Shown: positions 9,639 through 21,900 of the stretch, piece by piece
How the letters are laid out: every line of letters starts with the position of its first letter
How positions within the stretch are numbered: position 1 is the first letter of the stretch
Assembly: GCA_020348445.1 (NCBI GenBank)
Contig: CP070751.1
Coordinates: forward strand, 3,681,002 to 3,745,001
Source of the DNA: Thermoplasmata archaeon
GTDB taxonomy: Archaea; Thermoplasmatota; Thermoplasmata; GCA-020350865
DNA length: 64,000 nt
Reading direction: 5' to 3'
The notes under the pieces: model-generated
The model's database searches: none
Told to the model about the DNA's origin: nothing
What the model saw: the letters and a program-made list of their open reading frames with translations, nothing else
Program-made: the position numbers and the translations under genes

Positions 9639-11378
9639 TCATGTTGTTTCAGATTTTGCCCCATCAGTAGAATAAGATCCCATTTCCATGGTTGATTCAA
9701 GGGGGGTCTTATCATTGATATGACATTTTGACCGGTACTTATTTCCAAATTCAGATCTTAAGATTCCCCCCATCTCAAGAATCTTTACGTGATAGTTGAC
9801 AACCTGGTGGCTCAAATCAAGTTTCTTTGCTATTTCAGTTTGTATGATGCCATCAAATTCCCGGACGGTTTTTACTATTCTTTTTTGGACCTCACTCAAC
9901 CTTCCTAATGTTTTTGGTACATTTGCATTCCGCGGATAGAATCGTTTGTACATACCATCACGTTTGGATACAACCACATTCTCTCGCTCTAGAACCCTTA
10001 GGTGATATGTTAATGCACCATTGTTGATATTGAGGGCATATTTAATGGCATTGTAATGTTCCCCTGGGTTGGCTTCAATGTAACCATTGATGCGGCCCCT
10101 AAGATATTGATTGAGGACTTGATCCTTTTTAATACGGGTATATAATGGAATTAGTAGAGCTGTAAATTTGTATTTACCCCCCTCGGTAAGGCTGTATAAG
10201 GCAGCTATTGTGCAAATCCCAATTATGCTGATTATCGAGAGACCCAATAAGTTCAAATTGAGACCGGATGACCTTTTTTCCTCCTCATCTTCAGAGGGAG
10301 GAGATATATCACTTGATATAATAAGTGGGTATTCATCCAATCTGTAATATCCATTACCTTGATTATCGATTGGATGCGGAATCTCTGTATCGCCGATACC
10401 ATCATCAGGAGAGCGACCATTACTACCATCATCTAATCCATCATAGTCACTCCAATAATTACCTTCGCCCGTACCGTCATCCCATACATTATTTACGCAT
10501 GTAGAGACGTCAAGACTCACTTGGTCTGAATTGTCAATGAACCAATTGTGATGTATTATGTTGTTCGATGACGATAACATAAACTTGATTCCAAAGCCAC
10601 CGAAACCTGAAGCACCATTTGATGAGATATTGTTGTATGTTATGTTATTTCCCGAAGATTGCCCCAATAAGATGCCGATAAACCTGCTTTGCGAAATATC
10701 ATTTTTCGTTATGTTGTTTGATGATGAATCTGAAAAATAGATACCGAAATCATTGTTCGTTACATTGTTGTTCCTGATATCATTGTTTGACGAACTGGCA
10801 AGATATATAGCATGATCATCATTCGATGACAGTTCGTTGCTAGTTATGCTGATAAATCTCGAATCAGAAAGATAGATTCCGTTATAATTGGAGACCACGA
10901 TGTTGTTTTCGATTCTACAGTTCTCTGCAAAGAAAAGAGCAATGCCAGCATCCACTAAATTACTACCACTGTTCTTAACAGTGAATCCCGTGATATTCAC
11001 CCAATAGGAGAAGGCCACATTCAACACATATCCATCTTCTCCGCCATCGATTATAGTGGTTTCTCTATCCTCACCAATTAAGGATATGGCTCTGTTCACA
11101 TTCACGTTTTCGTTGTAGATGCCTGAATGTACGAACACTGTATCTCCATCGCTGGCATTTTCAATTGCATATTGGATCTTTGAGTAGTTACCTGGGCCTG
11201 TACCCCCCACGTAAATCGTTGAAGCACCTGAAGCATTTGGGGCGATATCAAATGTGAGGTTCAATATGAATATCAGGTTAAAAATTAATATGAATATCAT
11301 TAATAGGTGAACATACCGGGGTTTGAATTTTGTCTTTCCCCACGACAATCCATACTTGTCTTTTTTAATTCTGGTCAT
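9639..11378 (-). CDS. Membrane-tethered regulator: extracellular NosD/CASH beta-helix, TM, cytoplasmic tandem winged HTH
   Basis: YSKIQYAIENASDGDTVFVHSGIYNENV, parallel beta-helix repeats, GNYWSDY, TM, then RGRINGYIEANPGEHYNAIKYALNINNGALTYHL and a second HTH. Confidence 0.85.
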   Translation of the reverse strand: MTRIKKDKYGLSWGKTKFKPRYVHLLMIFILIFNLIFILNLTFDIAPNASGASTIYVGGTGPGNYSKIQYAIENASDGDTVFVHSGIYNENVNVNRAISLIGEDRETTIIDGGEDGYVLNVAFSYWVNITGFTVKNSGSNLVDAGIALFFAENCRIENNIVVSNYNGIYLSDSRFISITSNELSSNDDHAIYLASSSNNDIRNNNVTNNDFGIYFSDSSSNNITKNDISQSRFIGILLGQSSGNNITYNNISSNGASGFGGFGIKFMLSSSNNIIHHNWFIDNSDQVSLDVSTCVNNVWDDGTGEGNYWSDYDGLDDGSNGRSPDDGIGDTEIPHPIDNQGNGYYRLDEYPLIISSDISPPSEDEEEKRSSGLNLNLLGLSIISIIGICTIAALYSLTEGGKYKFTALLIPLYTRIKKDQVLNQYLRGRINGYIEANPGEHYNAIKYALNINNGALTYHLRVLERENVVVSKRDGMYKRFYPRNANVPKTLGRLSEVQKRIVKTVREFDGIIQTEIAKKLDLSHQVVNYHVKILEMGGILRSEFGNKYRSKCHINDKTPLESTMEMGSYSTDGAKSETT

Positions 11379-14300
11379 GGTTCTTCCTCGGTCAGCAACG
11401 GTGGATCTTGAGGTGTGATTTGAGGGGCCATTGACTCTGTCGATTGTTCCCTTTGATACCCCATAGATGTATTATACTCACCTGAGGGTCCCTTAGGTGA
11501 ATACATATTTTCTTTTGGTTTTTTCTTCAGCATAAGAAGGAGCAGGAGTAAAACAACAATGACTACGATTATGATGATAATTGATAATAATAATAGAGGC
11601 GAACCTTCTGAATTTTTATCATCCGAGTCCATTTCTTTGACCTCGATTTCGAATGTGACACTTGTGAAATCCTTACCGTCCGAAAGCCTGACGGTCACTG
11701 TGTGTGTTCCGACCTGGCCTTCTTCTGGGGTCCAGGTGATGGTCCCATTACTCGAGATTTCCATGCCTTCTGGAGCTGAATCCAAACTGTATACAAGATT
11801 CGAAGCATCCTCTGGATCCAAATCTTGGCCATTAACTACCAGGGTTAAGTTCTCCCCGACCTTGATGGAATGATCAGCTATTGGTTCTAGCACCGGCGGA
11901 TTGTTAAAGGTTGCACTTTCATTTACTGTGAATGACCAAACCCCCTCTGGGCATATACCGTACTCTGTTCCATCATGGGGTATAACTGTCCAATAATAGG
12001 TTTCGCCCTTTTCAAGTGGGTCTGTGAGTTTAAATGTAGTTGTCGTTAGCTCTTCCCCGACCTTATTGGATGGATTCAAACCCTGAATATAGAGGAGATT
12101 CGTCCCTAAATATAAATCGGAGGTACAATCATCTCCATCCTCATCTGTTACAATCCAACTAAAGGTTGGATTCAAAACTTCAATTATAAAAGTATCTTTA
12201 GGGTATGTAAGTGATGTACTTGGTGGCAGGTTCTCTGATGGGCTTCTGACATCTATCTGGAAATCGTGATATATCATAATACTTTGATCCGTAGCACCGA
12301 TTTTGACCTGATAGAGACCAACACTTTCCGAAGAGAATTCAAAAAGACCTGAAGTCTCATTTAATGAGGCAGAATAAGTATTTCCACTAAGGGTGGATAT
12401 TTGTATCAATCGATATTCCATTCTATCAAATAAATCTTCATCGAAAGCGTTGATATCGAACTCATATGAATCACCCATTCTAATCAGTGTATTGGTTGGA
12501 GTGTCAATCCATTCTGGGGGATCGTTCGTATTCAATACATCCAGAGTGAAGTTACTTGAGTCCCAGCCTCCATTGCCATCCTCAACACTGATATTGACGT
12601 AATACACACCAACCTGCTCATTTATTGGGGTACCGTTTATGATACCTGTGATTGAATTGAATGATAGCCAGCTGGCATTTGTGGATACGTACCATGTTAT
12701 CATGCCTTGACCATCGTCATCGGAATCATAGTCTACAAGATATTCCGAATCCTCGTATGCATAAGTAGTATCGCCTGTGATGATTTCAAGGGGTGTGTTC
12801 AAAACATTTAACGTGAAGTTGTGTTCGTCGTAACCACTTGTTTCATTTGAGATATTTATCCTTACCCAGAACGACCCTACATCTGTATTATCTGGAATTC
12901 CATATATATCATGAGTTGTTTCATTCCATTCTAACCAGCCGGCATTGGTTTCGAAGACCCAAGTGTCGGCTGTTGCGTTTACAGACCAATAATGAGCATT
13001 GTACTGTTCATCCTCTGCTGCAGTTGGATTATCCTGTAATGGATAAAGGGTCATAGGGGGTGTATAGTTCAGCTTAGGAAAAATCAGGTAGACCTTTCCT
13101 TTATAGGAACTGTCCAATTCATGGTATGGGTGACCGATGAGAATATCATCATATCCATCGTCATTGAAGTCCCCCGCGGAACTCAACGAGTGGATAGATA
13201 TCCGTCCCCCTTCCCCTAAGAACGATGCATCTGCATCCGATAGATTCATATCCATGGACCAGCCAGAGGCATTACCCATGATTAGGTAGACTAGATCTGA
13301 TTGGTCTTCCCTCCAAGCTCCAATGAGGATATCATCAAAGCCATCTCCATCTACATCCCCAGCGCTGGAAAGTGAACATCCTGATAAATCCCCGGCAGCT
13401 TCTCCCAGAAAAGAAGCATCTGCGTTCGATAGATTAACATCCTCGCCCCATCCAGAAGTTTTACCGAATATAATATAGGTCTGGCCTGCATCCTCGCCTG
13501 CCTCGTCATTCTTGTAGGCTCCGATCAATATATCATCGAGGTTGTCTCCGTTAATGTCTCCTGCAGCAGCTACAGAATATCCAGAATAATCAAAGGCATA
13601 CTCCCCTAAAAATGTGACATTTACACTGGCAAGGTTCGTGTTCTTCTCCCAGCCTGAGGCGTTGCCGAATATTAGGTAGCTTTTACCCGCCTCGCCTCCG
13701 CTATCATCATTGCCACTAGCACCGATGAGGATGTCGTCGTACCCATCACCATTTACATCACCTAAAATCGCAATGGACTTGCCTGAACTGTCATTTGCAG
13801 ATTCCCCGATGAATGAGGCATCTGCATTTGATAAGGTGTTGTCCTTTGACCAACCAGTGTTGTTACCAAAAATAACATAGGTTTGACCTGAATATGGGCC
13901 GTTATCATCATTCTTGCGAGCGCTAATGATAACGTCATCAAAACCATCATTATTGATATCACCTGAACCTGACACGCAAAAGCCTGCTTCATCGTCAATG
14001 CCAACTCCAATGTAAGAGGCATCGACGTTGGATAGGCTTGTACCCATGGCCCAACCCGAGCTTTTGCCAAATATTAGATAGGCCTGTCCTGCATTAAATC
14101 CTCTACCATCATTACCTCTTGCACCAATAATCATATCATCGAATCCATCACCGTTTACATCGCCTGCAGCTGCAACTGAAAAACCGGCGTCAGAAAATAT
14201 ATGTTCTCCAAAAAACGAAGCGTCTGCCTCTGCAAGGTTCATATCCGGGGTCCAGCCCGAAGATTTCCCGAATATCAGGTAGACCTGGCCCTCGTCCCAT

Positions 14301-14533
14301 TCACCTCTGCTAGGAGCACCGATTATTATGTCATCATATCCATCTCCGTTCACATCACCTACACCTGCAACTGAAAAACCTGCATGATCATCTGGACTTT
14401 GGCCCACATACGAAGCTCCCATAATGGAAAGATCTGTGTTCCTTGAATATCCAATTGCCTCGGATGGAACCGAGATAAAACTTATTGAAACTACAAACAA
14501 AATTATCATCAATAATACAGTCATATTTTTCAT
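11375..14533 (-). CDS. FG-GAP (integrin-alpha-like) seven-bladed propeller with cadherin-like/Ig domains and C-terminal TM
   Basis: Seven GDVNGDGxDDxxIGA repeats; ED...TNAxWL...GTP...VG.Y.VNISV.DG Ig units; likely ATG 14533 after GGTGA (the track ORF starts at 14590); 4-nt overlap with the downstream gene. Confidence 0.88.
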   Translation of the reverse strand: MKNMTVLLMIILFVVSISFISVPSEAIGYSRNTDLSIMGASYVGQSPDDHAGFSVAGVGDVNGDGYDDIIIGAPSRGEWDEGQVYLIFGKSSGWTPDMNLAEADASFFGEHIFSDAGFSVAAAGDVNGDGFDDMIIGARGNDGRGFNAGQAYLIFGKSSGWAMGTSLSNVDASYIGVGIDDEAGFCVSGSGDINNDGFDDVIISARKNDDNGPYSGQTYVIFGNNTGWSKDNTLSNADASFIGESANDSSGKSIAILGDVNGDGYDDILIGASGNDDSGGEAGKSYLIFGNASGWEKNTNLASVNVTFLGEYAFDYSGYSVAAAGDINGDNLDDILIGAYKNDEAGEDAGQTYIIFGKTSGWGEDVNLSNADASFLGEAAGDLSGCSLSSAGDVDGDGFDDILIGAWREDQSDLVYLIMGNASGWSMDMNLSDADASFLGEGGRISIHSLSSAGDFNDDGYDDILIGHPYHELDSSYKGKVYLIFPKLNYTPPMTLYPLQDNPTAAEDEQYNAHYWSVNATADTWVFETNAGWLEWNETTHDIYGIPDNTDVGSFWVRINISNETSGYDEHNFTLNVLNTPLEIITGDTTYAYEDSEYLVDYDSDDDGQGMITWYVSTNASWLSFNSITGIINGTPINEQVGVYYVNISVEDGNGGWDSSNFTLDVLNTNDPPEWIDTPTNTLIRMGDSYEFDINAFDEDLFDRMEYRLIQISTLSGNTYSASLNETSGLFEFSSESVGLYQVKIGATDQSIMIYHDFQIDVRSPSENLPPSTSLTYPKDTFIIEVLNPTFSWIVTDEDGDDCTSDLYLGTNLLYIQGLNPSNKVGEELTTTTFKLTDPLEKGETYYWTVIPHDGTEYGICPEGVWSFTVNESATFNNPPVLEPIADHSIKVGENLTLVVNGQDLDPEDASNLVYSLDSAPEGMEISSNGTITWTPEEGQVGTHTVTVRLSDGKDFTSVTFEIEVKEMDSDDKNSEGSPLLLLSIIIIIVVIVVLLLLLLMLKKKPKENMYSPKGPSGEYNTSMGYQREQSTESMAPQITPQDPPLLTEEEP

Positions 14534-15184
14534 GGAATCACCATCAATTTTGTTAATTCCGCCTACAAATCGCTGTACGCTTTTCATCAATTAACTCTAT
14601 TGAAGTTTACTGTATATAAGAAGATTTGTACACTTTTTTTAAAAAATGATAAAAAAGAACAGTCATTATTTTTCCTTCTTTTAGTCCCCTTCCGATTGTT
14701 TATCTATTATATAAAATGTAATAAACATAAAAATACTTGGTATGAACGATTTTTACCAAGATATCCGTGGATAGCCCCTATTAAAACCAAACATAAAAGA
14801 TGCAATATAATGTTATTCCACTGGTCTATACATAGCATCTATGGTTAGGAAGCTTTTTGCGAACAGGTAAGCCATTTTGTCGTCTCTTTCTAGGAACAGT
14901 AGGAGAGCTCTGGTCACTGCATAAAGGACATCCATTGGATTTCAGTCTCCTTTTACCTCTATTTCTGCGTTTTGGAGGGTATTTCGCCCATTTAAGGGTT
15001 ATTACTCTTCAAATATTTTACTTTATCGCCAAATCCAGCACAAATCCAACAGTTAATAATAAATAATTTAGCATCAATATACATAAATTAGCAGTCATGT
15101 GAAGAATTAGCCCTAAATTGGAAATTGGCTGTATAAGGATGCTTTATTCTCTACATGAGGAGATGAAGAGAATGGGGGTTTATA

Positions 15185-15919
15185 ATGGATGATCATGAAT
15201 TGATGTTCGAGTTATCACATTCTGGAAGATTAGAAGCGCTGCATATGTTGAACGAAAAACCCCAGCGACTCACCGATATCTCCAAGGCGTTGGGCCTGAC
15301 CTCTGCCGAGGTATCAAGACACCTGGGTAGGCTTTCAAAAGCCAATTTAATAATTAAAGATGGTAAGGGTAGGTACAGTACAACCTCCTTTGGCACCATC
15401 ATTCTCCATGAGCTCTCAAACCTTAAATTTCTTACAAAATATAATAAATATTTTCTCAAACATGATATATCTGTCCTACCCGATGAACTACGCTGGCTTT
15501 CTGCCTTATCCAAGTGCGAGATCGTGGAGGGCACATTGGAGATCATGTCCATGGTTGAAGACCTGACTAAAAACGCGAAAAGATATGTACGTATAATGTC
15601 AAATCAACTGATGAGGACAATGGTGGATGTCAACGTTCAAAAGGCGAAAAAAGGCGTTGTCATCAAGGTAATTTACCCAAAGGATGTGGATTTGCCTGAT
15701 TCATTTCGTCCAAAAAAGGGACTCTCGTTAGAGGTTAGGCTCATAGACGAAGTGAAATTCAGCATGAAATCCAACGAAAAAGTTGCAGGAATTGTGCTCC
15801 CAAATCTAAATGGCAAAATCGATTATGAGTTCGGCTTGATAGGTTCCGACCCATCATTTACCAGATGGGCAGAAATATTGTTCGACCATTTCTGGCAGAA
15901 GGCCGACTTTGCATTTTAA
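15185..15919 (+). CDS. ArsR-like wHTH transcriptional regulator with C-terminal PLD-like domain (DUF1724/HVO_A0261-type)
   Basis: RLEALHML...RLTDISKALGLTSAEVSRHLGRL; C-terminal DPSFTRWAEILFDHFW. Confidence 0.8.
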   Translation: MDDHELMFELSHSGRLEALHMLNEKPQRLTDISKALGLTSAEVSRHLGRLSKANLIIKDGKGRYSTTSFGTIILHELSNLKFLTKYNKYFLKHDISVLPDELRWLSALSKCEIVEGTLEIMSMVEDLTKNAKRYVRIMSNQLMRTMVDVNVQKAKKGVVIKVIYPKDVDLPDSFRPKKGLSLEVRLIDEVKFSMKSNEKVAGIVLPNLNGKIDYEFGLIGSDPSFTRWAEILFDHFWQKADFAF

Positions 15920-15960
15920 AGGGGATATCTCTTGGAATTATAATAAAAGCCTACCCAAAT

Positions 15961-17073
15961 TTATTTTTTCCATTCCTTAAGCAGATGCACAAGTTCTGTG
16001 TGGTAACCTTGGTCTATGTAATTGGTGTTAACCACAACATCCAAGATACGGATGTCCAGATCGGGATTATTCCTTAAAATAGGTATGCATTCCTTAGCCA
16101 AAAAAAAGCTTACGGGGTCGTTGTTGAAGCTTATACCATCCAATATGAAATTTTCACCTATCTTCCGTATCTCCTTGATAAGTCCGACTTCATATACCAT
16201 CTTTTTGATACTTTCGATTTTTTCATCATCAGGTCCTATTTCATCTATAGATGATAAAAAATGCCTGTTGTCCTCGATAATAACCGTGGCCTTAGACTCT
16301 AAGAATCCTGCGATCTTCAAGTTAAGGACATTCAATCTATTTATGGCCTGATCTGTAAAGTTCTGCTCTCCTGTTAATTTTAAAACGACATCTTTTATTG
16401 CCTCTTCTTGCTTATTTGTGATGTTGCCTCCTTCTAATGGATAACGCTCAGAATCGAGGGTTCCAAATTCTTTTAAATCCTCTAAGACCTTTTCACTTTC
16501 CTTTTGTCTGTCACCTAAAGGTGAGATTACTAATACAAGATTCTCTCCTTTTTCGTTGGGAGTAATAGATGTTGCTATAAATCCCCAATCCATGGTTGCT
16601 TCTTCACCCACCTCCTTTGTGAGGATCTCCATAACCTCAGCAGTCTTGTCACCTTCGCTCAATTCAGCAAGGAATTTTTTTGCCCCCTCTGGATTGGCAA
16701 TTACCGTATCTATCCTCTCCCGCAATCCACTGTAAACATCCTCGATTTCGACCTCCAAAATCTCTTCTAAGAGAAGAGCACCACAATCACCGCACTCTTC
16801 TTCATCTCCATAGACAGTTCCCATGCAGAGAGGGCACTTGAACTTATGAGCTGGAATATCGTCTGCGTCCATGCTTAAAAACTGGTTTAATATTCTGAAA
16901 TTGAGGATCTCCACCAAACCCCTGACCTTTGCCTCCTCATCTAAAGAGAACTCCAGCAGTTCACGAAGGTGTTTAAATCCGATGTCATAGAGCTCCTGTG
17001 CCTTTTCGATGGTAACTTCTGGGATACAGGTAAATTCTATTATAGCACGCTCTTTTTCTTTGATTTTCACCAT
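15961..17073 (-). CDS. Hypothetical protein with N-terminal degenerate HhH and zinc ribbon
   Basis: IPEVTIEKAQELYDIGF (HhH-like); CPLC...CGDCG. Confidence 0.7.
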   Translation of the reverse strand: MVKIKEKERAIIEFTCIPEVTIEKAQELYDIGFKHLRELLEFSLDEEAKVRGLVEILNFRILNQFLSMDADDIPAHKFKCPLCMGTVYGDEEECGDCGALLLEEILEVEIEDVYSGLRERIDTVIANPEGAKKFLAELSEGDKTAEVMEILTKEVGEEATMDWGFIATSITPNEKGENLVLVISPLGDRQKESEKVLEDLKEFGTLDSERYPLEGGNITNKQEEAIKDVVLKLTGEQNFTDQAINRLNVLNLKIAGFLESKATVIIEDNRHFLSSIDEIGPDDEKIESIKKMVYEVGLIKEIRKIGENFILDGISFNNDPVSFFLAKECIPILRNNPDLDIRILDVVVNTNYIDQGYHTELVHLLKEWKK

Positions 17074-17340
17074 ATTTTAGCCTTGGGGACAGTATGCGTT
17101 GTCGAGATAAAAAACTAACGGTTTTGGTATCCCGAATTGTAGGTTACTTTCAAAGCATTTCATATTCGATTACCAGGATATCGAAGTAAAATTCTGCACT
17201 CCCAAATCACTAAAAAATTAAAGAAAAGCCTAGATTCCTTCTAACGGTTGATTATAATCATTTTTGATAATCAAAAATATGAATTTTGGCTAGTAAAGTT
17301 ATTATATCTTTATATTATATAACTTAATTAGAGGCAGTAC

Positions 17341-18909
17341 ATGGCCTGCGTAAATTGTGGAATGCAGACCGAGACGGAGGTCTATATTTGCGAGAAATGT
17401 GAAAATGAAGAGAGTTCTCAGTTTCGCATTGGTGCCAGCATATGCATTTTTCCTTCAACTCTTAACAACATGATGCTCAGTTCATCCGACATGTTAGGGC
17501 TGGATACCGTAAGATCCACGGATTCTTTGAATCTCATTGTTGATATCAGTCAAGATAAACGCCTAATTGAAGAAGCAAGCTTTTCATTGGAAAACATGAC
17601 GGAAAGCGGCGTAAAAAACCAACAAAAGGAATTTGCTAGAATGTTAATCAACATGGGACTATCTCTGGATTTAGAAGAAAAAGTAAATCCCATCCTCCCG
17701 GAAAATGATTATTCTCTAGTAGAGAAGATATTGAAAGCAAATGAAGAACTCGAAAATAATTACCCGGGCATGCCAGATATAGAATTATACCTACTTATAG
17801 GGAGTCTGCATTATACGATCAGTTCTGTAAATAGCGGTATTATCACAGTTGCACAGAAAGAATATCATTTAAATAAGGCAGTGGAATATTTTGATAAAGT
17901 TCTGAGCACTGATAAGAATTCCACATCTGGTTGGAAGAACAAGGCGAAGGTGCTGCTAGAAAGAGGTGAATATGAAGAAGCCATCCAGTGTCTTAATTGG
18001 TTCCTCGATAATTTCGAACTAACAAGGGATAATCTGTCGGTGCTGATAAACAAAGGTATTGCTTTTTATAATTTAGGAGATTTAGACAAAGCCAGAGAAT
18101 GTTATGACAAGGTCATAGACAAGGATCCTGCAAATGTTGAGGCATGGCGCAGAAGGGGAGATGTTTTTGCTAAAATGGACAGGTGGGGTGGAGCTATCCA
18201 GTGCTATAATGAAGCCTTAAAACATGATCCAACAAGGGAGGATATATTGATATCCATGGCTGAAACCTATATCAACCACGGAAAATACCAGGAGGCATCA
18301 AAATGCCTTGATTCCGTGTTGAAGATAAATATCTGGAATACTGAAGCTTGGTACCTGCAAGGGATCGTTTTCTCAAAGATCGGCAGATGGGGTGCGGCAA
18401 TCCAGTGTTTGGATAAGGCCTTGAATGCCAATTCTTCACACATCAAAGCCTTGAAAGCAAAAGGGGACCTGCTTGTTGGTACAAATAGATTTGAGGATGC
18501 TATGGATTGTTATGAAAAAGCCCTGAAGATCCTGCCAAAAGACCCAGAAATCCTGATATCGAAGGGGAGATTATTGAAATTAATGAAAAGATATGACGAT
18601 GCTCAGAAGATAATCGAAGAGATCTTGTCGATAAATGAGGATGATCCCTTGGCGTTGTTCGAGAAGGGGGATATCCTTCAGGAAACTGGGAAGGCTTACA
18701 AGGCCCTAAAATGTTTTGATGATGCCCTTAAAACCGACCCTTCGATGGTAGAGGCATATTACAAGAAGGGCTTGACACTGGAGAAACTCAGGAGGTATAA
18801 AGAAGCAATACAATGTTACGACATGGCTCTTGAGCTGGATCCGAAGTTCGAAAAAGCACAGTTGGCAAAGAAGGACTGCCAGCTCAGGATGGATGGAAAA
18901 TCGGGTTGA
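17341..18909 (+). CDS. TPR-repeat protein with N-terminal zinc ribbon
   Basis: CVNCG...CEKC; about 10 TPR units (AWxxKG...GRWGGAIQCYxxAL). Confidence 0.9.
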   Translation: MACVNCGMQTETEVYICEKCENEESSQFRIGASICIFPSTLNNMMLSSSDMLGLDTVRSTDSLNLIVDISQDKRLIEEASFSLENMTESGVKNQQKEFARMLINMGLSLDLEEKVNPILPENDYSLVEKILKANEELENNYPGMPDIELYLLIGSLHYTISSVNSGIITVAQKEYHLNKAVEYFDKVLSTDKNSTSGWKNKAKVLLERGEYEEAIQCLNWFLDNFELTRDNLSVLINKGIAFYNLGDLDKARECYDKVIDKDPANVEAWRRRGDVFAKMDRWGGAIQCYNEALKHDPTREDILISMAETYINHGKYQEASKCLDSVLKINIWNTEAWYLQGIVFSKIGRWGAAIQCLDKALNANSSHIKALKAKGDLLVGTNRFEDAMDCYEKALKILPKDPEILISKGRLLKLMKRYDDAQKIIEEILSINEDDPLALFEKGDILQETGKAYKALKCFDDALKTDPSMVEAYYKKGLTLEKLRRYKEAIQCYDMALELDPKFEKAQLAKKDCQLRMDGKSG

Positions 18910-21900
18910 TCGATTTGGAAAAAAAGATCGCTGAAAAGAATATGCCGAATGCTGGCTTCGTAAATGCCTTAAATCGCATGGGTAGTGATACATTCGAGGA
19001 GCTTGTAAACAAATTAATGGGTTTTTTGGGTTTGGAAATAATTGCAGGCAATTTTGTAGACGATATATGTGATATTAAGGCCAGGGTCGGCGATAAGGTA
19101 AAAGATGCGGATTTTCCTTTATACCTCATCAGAATGTACAGAAGAGGAAATACGGTGTCCCCAGAGGATCTGCAGGATTTTGTTGGTCAGGGAAGAGATG
19201 GGGATGAGGGTTTAATGTTTTTTTCTACATCAAGTGTATCAGAGGATGCTAGGCTTTACGCAAAAGAATTCGATGTCGAGATCGTGGATAATAAAGCATT
19301 GGCAGCAATTTTGAAAAAATCGTACCTTCTACATGAGCTTTTGACCTATAGGGACAGGGAGATACTCAGAGAAGAAAAGGGAAGGTATTTACCAAGTATT
19401 GACGAGCTGGAGAACATAATCGAATCTGGAAATCGGGCATTCGCCAAAAGGGACTATTATGATGCTTTGAGTTATTTTAAAAAAGCCACGGATCTAAAGC
19501 CGAATTACGATGCGGCATGGTACATGAAAGGTTTGATATTCAACAATCTAAAGAGGTACCAGGAGGCTTTGGAAGCCTTTATGAAGGCTCTTGAGAGCAA
19601 CATCGAGAATGAGGAAGCATGGTACAGCTTGGGTCTCGTCTTGTACTCCCTAGGCAGATACGATGAGGAGCTCGAATGTTACGACAAAGCAATTGAATTG
19701 AAGAAGAACTTTTTCTCTGCATGGAACAACAAGGGTACAACACTTCTTCAGCTGGAAAGGTATGAAGAGGCCATCGAATGTTATGATGAGATTTTAAGGC
19801 AAAACCGAAACTTCAAGATGGCCCTGAACAACAAGGGCATAGCTCTTAAGAAAATGAAGAGAACTGATGAAGCCCTCGAGTGTTTTACAGAGGCCATAAA
19901 AATCGATGCTAATTATCAGGATGCTTGGTTTAACAAGGGTCAGATTCTTTTGGACAGCAAGCGATACAAAGAGGCCTATCATTGTTTCGAGAGGGTCCTT
20001 GCGTTTAATCCGGACAATATACAGGGCCTCTATGGAAAAGGCAGGTCTTTAGAGGGAGTGGGCCAGTTTAGCAGGGCTATTGAATGTTATGGGCGTATAA
20101 TCACCATCGATGCCAGATTTTACGCGGCAAAAAGGCGAAAAAAGAAGGCCCAGAAATCGCTTGAACAGAAAGGAGACTCACCAATTGATGAGGATTTCTT
20201 TAAAATAGATTTGGGCATGCAGGATGTATTTCAGATCATGCCTCATATACCTGAAAAAGAAAGAATTCTAGTGGAGAAAACTGTATCCATACCGGAGGTT
20301 TCCCTGAAAGAGGTAGAATCGAAATTAGAACCTACGTTCGTCTCAGAGCCAGAACCAAAACCCGATATCAAGGAAGTCGTTTCAGAAGAAAAGAAACCAT
20401 TGCCAGAAAGACAGGCACTAACAGCTGAGGCAAAAGCCCTTTCTGATATGAGACAGAAATTGGAGGAGAAAGAACTTGAATTAATCCAAATGGAGGACTG
20501 GTTAAAAGATAAATATGAGACCTTTAAGAAAGAGCGTCATGAAAGAGATGCATCTGCTGAGAATTTTGTTAGGGAAAGAGAGGTACTCCAAAGTGAAAGA
20601 GAGGCCCTGAAAAGAGAAAAAGCGAAGTTGATTGGGCAAACAAAAGGTGTGGCAAAGGCTAAGGAGAATATATCTGTAATAGAGAGCGCCCTATATGAAA
20701 AAGAAGAGGAATTGACCAAGCGTTACGAGGAAATAGAAAAAAATAACGAAAAGATACTCCAAAGGGAAAAGGAGCTGGAAACAGCCGCATTAAAGCTGAA
20801 GAAGAGGCAAGAAGATCTTGAGATGCAGGCAAAGATTCTGATGGATAAAGAAAGAAGTTTGCGCGAGGATGCAAGGATTCACATGGAGGTGGGAACAGAG
20901 GAAAAGCAGGTTTTTGATTTTGTTTCGGAAGTTGAGGAACCAGGTGAAAAGGAGCAAATGGCGGAGGAGGAACCTGAAGAAATAGAAATGGATGTGGAAA
21001 TAGAGGGGGTGGAAGAAGAAGTTGAACCCAAGGTTAAAGGCATTGAGCCAGAACCTCAAGTGGTGGCTGAAGAAGGAATTAGGGAACTTTTCATCGAAGG
21101 GGAGACAGTATTAGATAGGGAGGTTCTTGCACTGTACAGTCTAAGACGCTTTGATGAAGTCGATGAAAGAATTACCCAATCTTTCCAACAGGGATTTGAA
21201 TCCAAGCTCCTTTGGATATTAAAGGGTAATATCTTGCGGGAAAAAAGACAACTTGATGAAGCCTCAAGTTGTTATGAGAATGCCCTGAAATTGGATCAGA
21301 ATTATATTATTACCCTTGTGAACCTTATGTCCATAAACTATGAGCGCGGAGGGTATGAGGAAGCCTATAACTGGTGTAAAAAGATATTGGCACATAGACC
21401 GAAGGATGAGAAGTTCCTTTTAGAGAAAGCCCTTTTGGAGGCGAAGTTTGGGCAAATTGATGAAGCCATATCCACAATCGATAGTATTCTAGAAATCAAC
21501 AATAAACTTGAAGGGGTCTGGAATCTAAAGGGCATGATCATGTATAACTTGAATCGTGATGATGAGGCCATGGCCTGTTTTGATAGGGTGCTGCATATCA
21601 ATTCAACAAATTACACAGCATTGAACAATAAAGGAGTCCTATTGTATCATGGCAAGAAGCTGGATGAGGCAGTCGAGTGTTTTGATTCTGCCCTTGAAAT
21701 TGCACCTAATAAGCGGATATTGGAAAATAAGGATGCGATCCTAAAAGAATTAGACCAAATGAAAGAAGAAGAGGAAGTTGGTGAAGAGCACGCAGAACCA
21801 GGGATCATATCCACATTACTTGGGGAAATTGCTAAGCCCGAGCAAATTGGGGAGGGTGATGTTACCCAGGACTTGGAAATTGAAGAATCAAAGGCAGTTG

